DNA of 61,724 nt, counting the filler, from Sphacelaria rigidula (taxonomy: Eukaryota): NCBI GenBank assembly GCA_964200075.2. It is 9 parts of 9 records of this genome, joined end to end, with 100 filler letters (N's around TTAATTAATTAA, not from the genome) between each part and the next. Parts side by side here need not be neighbours in the genome. Positions count along the whole stretch, not along the records: positions 1 to 6,770 come from CAXNAA020018165.1; positions 6,871 to 13,640 come from CAXNAA020018166.1; 7 more parts are not named here. One strand, given 5' to 3'. The position numbers and the translations under genes are program-made. Within the stretch, counting starts at the first letter, position 1. Each line of letters opens with the position of its first letter. Of this stretch, positions 1-11,930 are shown piece after piece. The notes under the pieces are model-generated. The model was not told the DNA's origin. It saw only the letters and a program-made list of their open reading frames with translations, and made no database searches.

Positions 1-160
1 CCTACAAAGCCGGGACGGAGCACGCCGGGTTCTGGCCGGACCAAGCTAAGGGGTGGGGGGGGGGGCGTACTCATTTGTTGGTTACCTTAGTCGTTTGACC
101 ATTGGCTACGTATCTTTGTCGAGACGGAGCACCGACCGGCGGGGCGGGGGGCGGGGTGGG
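1..160 (+). repeat. Dispersed modular repeat family A (GACGGAGCAC / G-run GTACTCAT), partial copy
   Basis: GGGACGGAGCACGCCGGGTT..CCGGACCA..G-run GTACTCATTTGTTG..TTAGTCGTTTGACC; similar text at ~16240, 17942, 20430, 23120, 23830, 25140, 27510, 33460 and 55140. Confidence 0.8.
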
Positions 161-429
161 GTGAAAGGTAACAACAAATCGAAGCCGAGAAATATTGAGG
201 TCGAGTAAAAACACAAAACGACACCGGCGGGAGGAGGGGGGGGGTAAGGTACCATTTGGCCTGGTGGTGTCGAGTCCCCCCCCAAATTATTCTTGTTCCC
301 ACGAAAAAGGTTTGTTCCCATTCTTCAGGATCCCCTGTTATGACCACTTTTGAAGCAGACACGAGTCTCACATGTTCGTCCTCGAACTGGACGGGAAACG
401 TGAGAACCTTTCTGAACATGTTTGAACTG

Positions 430-620
430 ATTGGTTCTGATTGTTTGATTGATTTTGAATGATTGATTGTCGCACTTTTAGTGACTCCCCAGGGATCCAC
501 ATGATAGACGTACCCAAGACAAAACAAAACTGAATACTCGCTGGAGAATAAAAAAAAAAGAAGGAAGAGAAAAAAGTCGAATAGAACGACATAGTAGACT
601 AGGACGTGAAAAAGAAAATG
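430..620 (-). repeat. Non-LTR retroelement-like 3' end with (CAAT)n tail
   Basis: Reverse complement matches 11770-11930 (TATGTCGTTCT..CTTGGGTACGTCTATCATG..GGATCCCTGGGG..GCGACAATCAATC). Confidence 0.65.
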
Positions 621-1107
621 GATCAAAAGTCAAGAAAAGCAAAGCACAAAAAGAAATGACTGGTCTAAAACAAAACAAACAAGGGAAAAAAAAAAAAAAG
701 GACTGCTAAAAGGGAGAGCCTCAGGTAACCACCTTTGAATCGGTTCAGGAACATACACGAATACATGAAAAAAAGGCATGCGTGAATTTCTGGGCACCTG
801 AAGCAAGTACCATCGCGCGTACAATTATACGAATTTGTTTTGTTTTTGCCATGGGCGTGACAACAGCGCACACAATACACGTGGGATTAGGGGTCGGAAG
901 TGAGCGTGGAATGAAGAAATCTGTATTTTTTGCCGTGCACGCACGTGGCTTTCCGTGCAAATATCGCGTGGTATACCTATCAATCTTGTGAACATGTACA
1001 GCGAGGCAGTTCTACGCGGTGTCTGCCTACGATTCGGTCAGTCACAACTAAAAGTCAGAGGTCTTACCTCCCGGCAATCAGCAGACACGGATACTGGCGT
1101 TGCATAG

Positions 1108-1415
1108 GTCTCGCTGTTCCAGTAGTCATGTTGCAACTGAAACTACGAGGTCTGAAAAATGCGGATTCGATTCCCGACAGCTGCATCCTTTGGTTTGTTT
1201 GATGGAGTATATCGTTTCCGTCGTTGAAAATATGAGACAGCGGGTAGCAATAAAGATTTCCATGAATTGACGAGGATTGGCGCGGTGCGGGAGTGCTGAT
1301 CCAGTCCGTGGTACCGAATTGTGCGGCGTGTACCGGGGGCGAGAGAGACGGTTGATCCGACGAGACCACAGACTCGTCCCAAAAGAAGGGGAGGGGTTGA
1401 CTGTGAACAAAAAAT
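1108..1415 (+). mobile_element. tRNA-headed SINE-like element, family S2
   Basis: B-box-like GGATTCGATTCC at ~1163; body CGCGGTGCGGGAGTGCTGA..GTGTACCGGGGG..GAGACCACAGACTCGTC..GAGGGGTT shared with 6871-7153(-), 17690-18305 and 41003-41118(-). Confidence 0.65.
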
Positions 1416-3490
1416 ATATATCACAAAGAAACCACTACTATTGAATACTCGACTTGTCAACGTCTACGACAACCGCCATTGCCCTTGAGCGGTTGGCTGC
1501 TCTGTTCAGGTGACTCCTTTGTCAGACAAATTTGAGCTACTAGTGCTGAGGGGATAAAGTCGTATGTGTCAGGATTATTGGGGGATATAGCACGGGTGGA
1601 GAGTGAGCATGCTCTATAATCAAGCTAGAAATGCACGGGGCAACTCGCACACTTGTTTTCCCGTCGGCCACCGAGTGGTGCCACGATAATTGTTATTTTT
1701 ACTATTATTGTTATTGTTGCTATTATCATCATCGTCATCACCACCATCATGAGAAATAATGATGAAAAACAAATCCGCGTCTTAGCCCGATCTCTCGAAC
1801 CCGTGGTCACAGACGTGGGTGTCATCATAGGGGTGAACATATTTGTCTCTCAGGTTTGAACGTTTAGAAAAGCCCTTTGTCGCAACCAAGAAAAGCACAT
1901 GGAGTATGTGGCAGCATGCCACGATTAGCACTCCAATGGGCTAGGGATATCTCAGTCTTTTCGTCTCTTGCATTCATTTTTCTACGTTTCATTTCTACTT
2001 TTCTATTTTTCATTTCTTTCAAGTTTCCTCCATTTTTTTGTTTCTGATCACGAGCTGGATTGTTGCAATCAGCTACTTAGTGCCAGATAATCATCTCGTT
2101 GTTGTTGTTGTTGTTGTTGTTGTTGTCGCTACTTCCTTTCTTCTTTCCTTTCTGTGGCTGTTGCTTCAGTCTTTTCCTGTTCCTTACCTTCTTTCTTACT
2201 CTTGTTTTTTCTGCTGCTCCTGACCACGAGCTGGATTGTTGCAATCAGTTAGTGTGAGATTACCAATAAATCAATCGATCAATCACCCCGAACAAACTAA
2301 AAAAACGACAATGTCCTGGTCCGTATATCCTTGTGTATAGATCCTAACTTTCGGAGTCTCCGAGCGAGAAACATCTTAGCCCAAACATACAACCCCTACC
2401 GTGGCATGGTTCCACCGTTGTTGGGGAAAAGGTACCGCACATGTACATGTGGTTGGCCGTGCGCCCGAACCATTCGAACAGGGTAGCGTCACCAGCCGCA
2501 ATCTAAACCCCCCACGTTTTTGGCCTTTGGCCAGAATGGGGGAACGCGCACGGCCGAGAACTTTGTGATCCTCTAGTTGGTGTATTCTTCAAGATCCCAA
2601 GACTACGAATAATAGTAGTGTGTTTCTGGATCGGTCTTGCTCATATCTGCAGGCGGCGCACTCGTGGGTGTACAGTATCGGGGCTGCGAGTGCCTCCAAC
2701 TGTGGAGGACACAACAAGCAGCAGTGCTGATTTTCGAGGGCGCCCTCGTTCAAGATCTAGAAATAATGGAGAAGAAACTCGCGACGGAGAAAGATTCGCG
2801 CACTCTCCCGCCTCCCAAAAACATCATCATTTGATACTTCCTCTGCCCCACTAATAGCATTCTCGGTATACTCTTTGTATGGGGCCTTAACCATGTCCAA
2901 CTATGCTTCCGGAGCAATGCCACGGTAGGGGTGCACATTTTATTTCCAAGGCTCCGCACTGTTGTCGGAGTGTCTGGATGATGACAAACATCTGGGCCTT
3001 GGTGTGCGGTCTTAGAACACTTTCGGACTAAAAGTGCACATCCCTACTACTACCGTAGAGTCCCCTTTTTGTCTTAATTACAGAAATTATTTGAAATTGA
3101 TAGATGGGAACAGTTTTGTTGTCGTACTTGCCGTTTTCCCCATGCAGGCGAACGGTCGATAAAAGAGTAGTCGGCTCGGAAAAATAGCCGGATTTCGCCC
3201 CTTCTCTCGGAGAGTACACGAAAAAAATGAAAAACCGGGGAAAATGGCATGATGGTCTAGAGAGTGAAAACACGCTTCGTGCAAGGTTACGTCTCGTACG
3301 AGGCTAGCGGCCCCTCGTCCTAGACCATTTTTGTAAAGCTATCACTTCTGTCCAGCTCGCGAGTGGTCAAAATCCGTTGAATTTGTCTGAACCGTATTCG
3401 CAGTGGCCAAAAAATGGGTCAACTCTGACCCCAAATTGTGTATACGATGCTGCAATACACTTCGTTTTATCCATGTCTATGTACGCACAC

Positions 3491-3820
3491 CGGTCGCCTC
3501 GGTGGCTCAGTTGGTAACCTCGAAACCTCATGACGGTTGGGTGGTGGGTTCAATTCTCGGAGCGACCTGGGATTTTTTCTCACACTATGCCCAACAGTGG
3601 AGAGCGACTATGTCGTAGGTACACAAAACTCGACTTGACGGTCGACGAGGGAAAGGGACCGCTGAACCCCACTCGCGATAGAAAATGAAAAGGCAAGCAC
3701 CGCAGAAGGAAGGTGGGGTGCCAAAAACAAATNNNNNNNNNNAAACAAATAAAAAAGAAAAAGCTCCTGTGTTGACCTTCCTCCAGTGTGACCCCGGCTG
3801 GTGCGCCCACATATACACTT
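3491..3820 (+). mobile_element. tRNA-derived SINE, family S1
   Basis: Pol III A-box TGGCTCAGTTGG (3503-3514), B-box GGTTCAATTC (3547-3556), then a ~250-nt non-tRNA body (GTCGACGAGGGAAAGGGA..GAAGGAAGGTGG..GACCCCGGCTG) shared with the copies at 4488 and 50577. Confidence 0.8.
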
Positions 3821-4487
3821 CTTGTTCTATGAGCATCTCGATAATTTTATCTCTTCATCGATCCAACAGTCACTACAGCACCTTAAGCGCCCACGTGCAG
3901 GAGGTACGAGTGCCACCCGCACGCCAAATCCGAGCAGAGTTATGGGAAAGGGAAAGTATTTGCACAGCATCCGTGCGAAAGCACATGAGAAAATATGCTC
4001 GTTTCCCACCACCGTCAAGCCTAGACTTCGTATACGCGTCGAAATATCCCGACCACCATCTACAATCACACGTTATATCTGGACTCTCACACCGTTGCTG
4101 TGGCCGGTATCTCGAGAGAGGCACCACCAGGAGGTAGATGCACAAGCGACAATACAGCAAGGGACCGCGGGGTTGCCACAGACAGATGTTGGTCTACTTT
4201 CACGAGTTGGCTTGCAACACAGTCCGAGCCACAAGCTGACTACACAAGGTACACGTGTTGGGGTCATAGCGAACTGTACACGGAGTGCGCTGACGTCGAT
4301 TTCAATGTAAACATGGGCGGATCATATGGACCCATGTTCGTGACAACAGCATCTCATCGACCGCAAACAAGAACACAGCGCTCCAGTCTTCTCCACCATC
4401 GCTCGTCTTCCGTCTGTGTCGGCCGATTTGAGGAGTCGTTGACACGATGTACTTGTGCCATGTTCAACTGTTCTCAATATCATGTCA

Positions 4488-4860
4488 GATCGCTCCAGTG
4501 GCTCAGCTGGTAATCCTTGAGACCTTCTGACGGTTGGAAACTGAGTTCGAATCTCGGTAAAGTTACAGGGTGTGATCTTGTTTTTCTCACACATAATGCC
4601 CAACAGGGGAGAGCGACTACGTTATGGGTATCCAAAATCAAGTTCAACAGTGAAGAGTGAGTACGTCGTGAGTGAGCGCAAAATTCAACTTTACGGTCGA
4701 CGAGGGAAAGGGAACGCTGAAACCTTCTCGCGATGACGTGGAAGGCAAGCACCACAGAAGGAAGGTGGAGTACTAAAATGAAAATAAAAGAAAGAAACCA
4801 AAACTCCTGTGTTGACTTTCCTCCTTGTGAGACCCCGGCTGTTGCGCGCACATACACCGG
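4488..4860 (+). mobile_element. tRNA-derived SINE, family S1
   Basis: A-box TGGCTCAGCTGG, B-box GAGTTCGAATC, same body as the 3491 copy. Confidence 0.8.
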
Positions 4861-6770
4861 GAAGAAATACAGACTGGCGTCTAGACTCCACGAGAAAACA
4901 ACACAACACAACACATACACGTGCCACGTACAATATCTTACAACCTGTCTACTATATTAGTAAGCGAATACCGTGGGTCTGAAGTTGGAGGGAGACGGCA
5001 ACCAAACAGCGCACGTCTTACGCGTTCGGCAGAACTTTCAGGCAGGCCTCATTGCCAGCTAGGGATTATTCAATGTTCGTGCGTGCCCTGCTCGCCTGAA
5101 AGCTCCGTCGCAAACTACCGATCGTTTCACCGATACCTCGGCAGAGCCCATCTACCGCGATGCACAACCCTACTTGCTGTCGTCCTTTCCGACCAGCTGA
5201 ACACAAGGCAAGAATACCACGGCGCTTCGTCGCGGGATGCGTCGACACCAAGTGATTCGGGTCGACGAATGGAGTACGCCCTACCCCGCCTCGTACATCA
5301 ATACACCCCCATCTCGTGAGATAAACGACAAACGAGGCACCACACCACAGGTCGCTGACACGACCAAACAGGTAGCCGCCGAATCATCCCAGCGACTCGA
5401 ACGACCCACCAAAACGATAAACGACACGCATGACTTCGCTTGCATTACTGGACGAGACAGCCACTGACTGTCGGTGGCTCTCCTTCATCTGCAAGCAGAC
5501 ATCAAACAGAGAAACAGATTATCGCACATCACCACAGCTGAGTCCTTCGAAGGGGTCACCTCATGCGATCATCGATCAATCAATCAACATGTACCCATCT
5601 GCTATAGATCCAGTCCCGGTCACCAAGACAGACGCACCCGACGTGAATACACGCGAACACTCCCGCCAGGAAAATCCAGGAGCATTCCCTCTAGGAAAGA
5701 TCACAAGGAGACAAGAAAAAATCAGCTGTCTTGCAGCGGTTCCTGTTCACCGTTGAAAGGTGACACGCCGCTCAATATCAGAAATTAGGTGCTGAAATTT
5801 TGACTTGGGACTTCAAGGATCGGTACGCGGAACATATTCGAAGCAGCCGAGGAAAGAAAAAAAAAAAGTTAGGGCAATGTGAAATTTCAGCACAAAGACA
5901 ATAGTGCCATAAATCCATAAACAAAACAAAGTTTCTGTTACTGCTTCGAGCGCAATTTAAAAGCATGCGAGCGGAAAATCGTTGTGAGCGGTCGGCTCCA
6001 AATTCCCCGGGATGAAGCTGTGCGAGCAACTTTTTGATTTAGAGTGCGCCGATGCGCCCCGGTAATCTACGTAATACAAGATATTTCAATTGCAGACATC
6101 ACGAGTTCAAATCCTTCATGATGGAGTACATTTTCCCTTCGTTTTCTTTTTGGGGGGGGCACACCATGTATAACCACGTTGATCTACAGTTCGCAGCGAC
6201 ATACTCACATCCGGCTGATTCGGAAAACTGATGAAAGTTGATAAAATCTGTCGTGTGTCCGGGATATCAACACTCTACGGCCGGCCCAGCTCGTACGAAA
6301 TGAGAGATGAAACAAATGAAGCAAACCGACTAGGTGCCGGGTTATACACTAGTTCCGCTTCATACGATAAAACGCTCAACAACATTCTGCCGGGGCTTCA
6401 GCGGATGAGACCGTACAAATAACATGGCCGTAAAAACAGATGTACCGCTGTCTTTACATCACAAAACACTGCGTACGCGAGATTCAGGGAAGAAACAAAC
6501 CACGACGCACTCTGCATGAAACCAAAAACAGTCTCTGCACACATGATCGCGTTCCCCGCAGGTGTGCTTCCTCCAACCGAAATAACACCTCAGCTTCCAT
6601 GCCTTGGTAATATCGCAATGTCGCCACTCGATCTAGGCGCCTACGCACGTGCGTCCTGTCATTACACCACTTTTTTTTTTTTTTTTTTTTTTTTTTTTCA
6701 TGTATATTTGGACATAAAACCTCTCTCCGATTCTTTTTCTAAGCATCCGTTGCATCACTCTCTTTAGTAT

Positions 6771-6870
6771 NNNNNNNNNNNNNNNNNNNNNNNNNNNNNN
6801 NNNNNNNNNNNNNNTTAATTAATTAANNNNNNNNNNNNNNNNNNNNNNNNNNNNNNNNNNNNNNNNNNNN
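6771..6870. other. Artificial contig linker (N44-TTAATTAATTAA-N44)
   Basis: 100-nt spacer with stop codons in all six frames; recurs every ~6870 nt. Confidence 0.98.
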
Positions 6871-7153
6871 GAACCCCTCCACTTCCTCGGGATGAGTCCG
6901 TGGTCTCAAGGGACCAACCCATCTTTCCCCCGGTACGCGCCTTCCATTTTGGTCTCGCGGATTGGCTCAGCACTCCCGCACCGCGTCAAGTCACACGTCA
7001 CACAAACCCAGTCGACTATTTTGTTTACTTGCGTTCTCACGCTTTCCACTGTGGAAATCATACACTACGAAGAAAAACCCCAACGCATCTGGAATCGAAC
7101 CCCCGTTCTCTCCGCCCTAATAGCGACAGTCGGACCATTACACCAACGGGGCG
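6871..7153 (-). mobile_element. tRNA-headed SINE-like element, family S2
   Basis: Minus strand begins GCCCCGTTGGTGTAATGGTC..GGGGTTCGATTCC (A and B boxes), followed by the S2 body. Confidence 0.7.
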
Positions 7154-7520
7154 CGGTGGCAGATCTACAGCATATAAACACTTCGAGTTCGTGATAGGTT
7201 GCACATGGTTCATTGATGATTGAATTAGTTTAGCATCCAAGCGCAGGGCTACCCCCGTCGGAAAATAACAATGGGGGGAACCCATATAATGGAAACATGA
7301 CCAAATATATGTTTCACGATAATTACCTGACCACCAGTAGTAAATAACCGCGGGTTCGATAGCCTACCGCCGATAACCAACCCACGGAAACGAACATCCC
7401 TGTTCACGAGTCGCTGCAGCGTCCTTAGTGTACCGCCGTTTAACTCTGTACTCCCCCATTGGTCCGCACGACCTCACCGGTCCTTACCCCTGAACGATGT
7501 ACACAGCAATTTTCTTGCAG

Positions 7521-7565
7521 TTTCGGACTCTGTCCGAGCTCAAGGGGCAACGGGCAGGCAGTACG
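7521..7565 (+). CDS. Probable small exon of the PDZ-domain gene (FRTLSELKGQRAGST)
   Basis: TTTTCTTGCAG acceptor, 45 nt, GTAGGT donor; phase 0, joins in frame to the 8154 exon. Confidence 0.45.
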
Positions 7566-8153
7566 GTAGGTTCTGTCGGTATCAGTAAGAAGGGAACCCA
7601 CTTCCCGACGGCATTTGTTCATCTAATTGCATCATCGTAATTACACCACTTTGTAGCGAGAGAGGAAGCGCACCCCCCCTGCAACAGCTTGAGCTACGAT
7701 GCCGGGTTGTCTATATTACCCCATTCGTATCATGTCAAAATCAGATAAAGCAAACTCCCTCGATCTGACTGAGGTGTCAAGAGAAGTTGACGGTAGTACA
7801 GTCAGTGCTGCAGGCGAAATTCACCACGCAGCACGCTTTGTCCCCTTTGGAACCTAGTAGAAATGAGTTCGCTCGACCGAAACACTCGTCCTCAGAATAA
7901 TGGACACATGAGACATAATCCCACCTCTGCTGCTCTCCATGTTTTTCCCTCGCCACCGCCAACCCAGCCAGCCACCCATGCTGCTACGTAGATATCAACT
8001 GGTAATTCTGATTCTGATAGACGCTAGGCTATTTCTGTCACTCACTGTTTTCCTAATTTGCTGTACAAGTGACCTGGTATATCCTCGTCGAAGCTCATAC
8101 CAACACCTGAGCCAACTGAGCGGTGCTTTCCGTCATGTCTTCCAACAATACAG

Positions 8154-8930
8154 ATCTTCATCAAAGCTTTCCCGCGAACAGCAGACGGTCGAAAAGGCCT
8201 GTTGGAAAGCACAGGGCTCGTGGAAACGGGAGACTGTCTCACCGCGATCAACGGCAATCCGTTGGCGCTATCCACCCCACTGCACGAAGTCATGGCGAGC
8301 ATCCGCGCCGCGGCATCTCCGCTGACACTCAGGTTCGCGCGATACCCTGCGGCATCTCCAACCAAGAGTATACGCCTCCCTACCCCGGGTTCGTCTCTCG
8401 AGGGCGACGATAAATTCGCCAACCATGGCACTGTCAGCGCCGAAGTCAATGGCAGCCGTGACGGTAGCGGTCCTGAGTTGGGAGGATCCGACCCGAGCGC
8501 ACAACAGCTGGGAACAGCCGGCGGTGGGGACGGGGCAGAGCTTACGCGAAAAGACAGCGGCGTTTCGTCAATGACTGTAGCGGAAGATCCTGAATTAGAT
8601 GCTGTGATGAACAGCCCTTTGTTGCTCGGATTGGGCGACCGTGTCGCCGGCATCCAGAAGAACAACGCCGTGCTGCTGAACGTGGCAGATAGGATCGCTG
8701 TCGCGGCCGCCTCGAAACGCGCTGGCGTCGAGGGCGTCGCGTCCGCCGCTGCCGACTTGACGGCCGCGGCGGAAGGGGCTGTCCCCGCAGCTTTGAAGGC
8801 CTTGGCCGCTGCGAGGGAAGACGCGACCGCGCTGTGCGAAACCATGGCGAGGCTGGATGAATCCCTTTCTGCGCGGGAGCGGGCTATGGCCGATCGGCGA
8901 CAGCGAATGAATGATACGAACCGGGGCTAA
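8154..8930 (+). CDS. PDZ-domain-containing protein, probable last exon, with Ala-rich coiled-coil C-terminus
   Basis: CAG acceptor at 8151-8153; IFIKAFPR..GLVETGDCLTAINGNPL..HEVMASIRAAASPLTLRF fits the PDZ GD-x-hydrophobic-x-AING...LTL pattern; GC-rich coding-like composition; TAA at 8930. Confidence 0.8.
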   Translation: MFIKAFPRTADGRKGLLESTGLVETGDCLTAINGNPLALSTPLHEVMASIRAAASPLTLRFARYPAASPTKSIRLPTPGSSLEGDDKFANHGTVSAEVNGSRDGSGPELGGSDPSAQQLGTAGGGDGAELTRKDSGVSSMTVAEDPELDAVMNSPLLLGLGDRVAGIQKNNAVLLNVADRIAVAAASKRAGVEGVASAAADLTAAAEGAVPAALKALAAAREDATALCETMARLDESLSARERAMADRRQRMNDTNRG

Positions 8931-9872
8931 ACACGCGCGGAATCCCAAGTGGGCGTGGGGCAGATAAGGAGAGGTGTAGGGTGGGACCCGCAGGGTGTCC
9001 AGAACGCCGATTTCTCGTGTGACTTTATTGCACGTGTTCGACAGCACATGTAACAAAGTAAACGAGAGGGCGAGCGGCATACTCATGCATCTGAGATGAA
9101 TATCGGGAGAAGAGTATATGAGCACTGCTGCTGTTGTTGTTGTGACGTGTATGTCGATATTTTGTAAGCTGTCATTGCCGATAAAACGGTGCACATCCGC
9201 AACGCCGGATTCGGAGGGTACGTGTACGACGTGTTGCAGGGAGTGGAACAACCCCACCGTGCTCTGCAGGTCAACGAGTTCCAAGTGTAGTTCGACCTAT
9301 TCGATGTGATTTGCTGTGCTGTTGCTGTCGCAGTTTTTGTGCTGCTTTTTTAGGCCGTTATCTACCGGCTTTCGGGGCTCCTTCCGCCGGGACCCCGAAA
9401 GTCGGTAAAAATATAAGAATGTATGAAATAGTTGACGTTTTTTTATGTGGAGCACCAATACCTACCGAAGTGCCTAGTTCGAGGGCGACCTGAGATTTTC
9501 TTCGACATACATAAGGGAAACCGTCAGGAGGCTTTTTGGTTATCGATTGCAAATCAACAGTGGGAATCCGATGACGCCAAAACTCCGCATCACCGAAATT
9601 CCACGGTTTGGGGTATCATTCGATCCCGTATTAAGGCTTTTTTTTTCGTTAGATTTTCCGAGCCGATGGCTTTACTACTATTAGAAGCATGTGGAGATCA
9701 GGTAGAAATGGTGTTGGGAATTCGTATTTTAGTTTCTAAACAATTTAGAGGTCTAGGTACATTTTCGCCCTTATCGCCACTGCTATGGCCTTGAACGAAA
9801 GTCTGGCCACGTCACCCTCTTCAGTTGGCCATGGCGATCACTGTGATATTGTGTATGCGGCTATTGAGTACG

Positions 9873-10026
9873 TATTGCACACCCTAGACAACGAATTGCA
9901 TTGTCAAGAAATGCACTGCGTACAGTATGGGACCTATTGTCTATTGCAATAGACGCAATAGTCAATACTGTACTGTACGCGGTATATATTTTGGCAGTGT
10001 GATCTCTTGTCCAGGGTGTGAGGTAT
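9873..10026. mobile_element. Palindromic MITE-like element, family P
   Basis: Ends (TATTG)CACACCCT..CCAGGGTGTG with an internal inverted repeat; diverged copy at 10338-10476 and related ends at 57826-58005. Confidence 0.55.
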
Positions 10027-10337
10027 TGCAAAAGATTTGTGCCGATGAGTTTTTTGGGGGTTAACACCAAGACACCAGCCTGTATGCGTATTTAGGTTCT
10101 AGGGTGGTCTATAGTGCGTGTATTTTGTGGGTTCACCTTCTGTTACTGTCCGCGCGTGTTTATGAGTCATTTTATTTACATGTGAGTAGTATTAGTGCAT
10201 TTGACCTTCTCAGGGTTTCGAGCGCTTTCCCTCGAGACGAATGATGTCAATGACGTGGTGAAAGGGCAGAGTGGGGGGTAGTGAAAAAATTATACTTGGT
10301 TGGTCGGTGTACAAGTAGGGCGTGTCGAATGCGTTTA

Positions 10338-10476
10338 GCACACCCTGAACAATATATTATATTGTGAAAAAGTGTACTGCGTGCAGTATGGAATATATTG
10401 TCTGTTGCAGCAGGCGCAAAAGTCGATACTGTACGCAGTACACTTTTTGACTGTGTATTCTTTTGTCCAGGGTATG
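10338..10476. mobile_element. Palindromic MITE-like element, family P
   Basis: AAAAGTGTACTGCGTGCAGTAT / ATACTGTACGCAGTACACTTTT inverted repeat inside CACCCTG..CAGGGT ends. Confidence 0.55.
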
Positions 10477-11769
10477 GTGTTTTGTGCGTATTGTTATCTA
10501 GCTGACACAAATCTCGACTTGAAAGTGCAGAGCCCTTTTATATAAACAGTTTATTTCAAAAGGTGTTTTGTACTCAAATCGACTCCCTCAGTGGTTGCTG
10601 TTGTTGTTATTGTTGTTGTTCGGGCATCTCCAAGTTGGAGAACAGTCAGTGGTGCTGACTGTACAGTACCTGTCTTACAATACCTCCACTGTGAGATAAA
10701 TCGAGGAGGTGCGATTTTGGGTCGACGTCCTGCACCCCCACTGGTAGGGCAAAAAGCAATAAATACACTCTGCCGTGCTCACGCGAGTAGGCATGTCTCT
10801 CCTTTTCACAGGAATTTGCGTACTGTTGCGAATAGAGCTCGGAAATGGTGCTAGTTCCACTGGCCATTATCATTACATGACAAATTTGGATAATGGTTTC
10901 AAACCATTATTGACCGTTACCGGCGTTTGCCCTTGAAATCTGGCCCAATTTTAACGTAATTTTTAGCTCTAGTGCAGCCAAATCAGGTAAAAACGTGCCC
11001 TCGGCACGGCGCCTCCAGCGGGGCCCTCCGGGAGCGCCTCCGGCGGGGCTCCCTCTGCCGGGCGGGGCTTTTCGGCTTGCGGCTGCCCCGCTTGATGACC
11101 AAACCATTATGTACCATAATATTGGTTAATGGTTACAGTAGACGAATTGATGTGCAGGGGGGATTGGTCAATTGCTGCCGTGTAGCGCCAAAATGAGCGG
11201 TTGATGGTGTATGTTTCTGTGTCGTCACTAGTATGTGGTTGGTCTGAAATTCACTTTCACCGCATCCAATCGGACAGACCGTGTGTTCAACATATTTCCC
11301 CCCTGGATTTGACCCTTCTTTGACTCAAAGGCCACTTTGGCCGAGAAAAGAACTGCGGCTACCGGAAAACGGAAAAGTGTCGCGTAACCGCCTCACGTGT
11401 TGAGCCCTACAGTACTACTCCTCTGTACGGTACTAAAACCATCGGATGACTCACCCCCTATCTACTTGGCTGACTTCCAATGTGCTCTTAGCCCTTGCAC
11501 GACGAGAGTATTGTAGTCATATAGGTCATCTATCGACTCGTCATCTAATATGATGACCCACTCTCTCCGTCTAAGGGTTAACCACGCGCTTGTGTGTATG
11601 TATATCTACGTACACGATCTACAGCAGTTGCATCACGGTGGGTAGACGGTTTCCCTTTCTCGATAGTTCATCCATTGACCCTGCTTTTCGGTCGTTCTAC
11701 GTCGGTCGATGAGCAATGTCCTGATGGGATTAAGGAAGTCTCAAGAAAACAATAATAAAAAAGAATGAT

Positions 11770-11930
11770 GAACAAGTCTGCTATTATGTCGTTCTGTTCA
11801 ACTTTTTTTTTCTTCTGTTCCTTCTTTTCTTCAGAGCGTGTTTCAGTTTCGTTTTCTTGGGTACGTCTATCATGAGACCACGGCTGGATCCCTGGGGGAT
11901 CAGTTAAAGCGCGACAATCAATCAATCGAT
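11770..11930 (+). repeat. Non-LTR retroelement-like 3' end with (CAAT)n tail
   Basis: GACCACGGCTGGATCC..GCGACAATCAATCAATC; homologous to 430-620(-). Confidence 0.65.

Noticed and set aside
3491-3570. Functional tRNA gene (also at 4488, 7080-7153, 13397 and 50577)
   Set aside because: Poor acceptor stems, variable anticodon loops, and (except 13397) attachment to a repeated non-tRNA body: SINE heads or pseudogenes
8042-8845. 267-aa minus-strand ORF
   Set aside because: Antisense shadow of the GC-rich PDZ exon on the + strand
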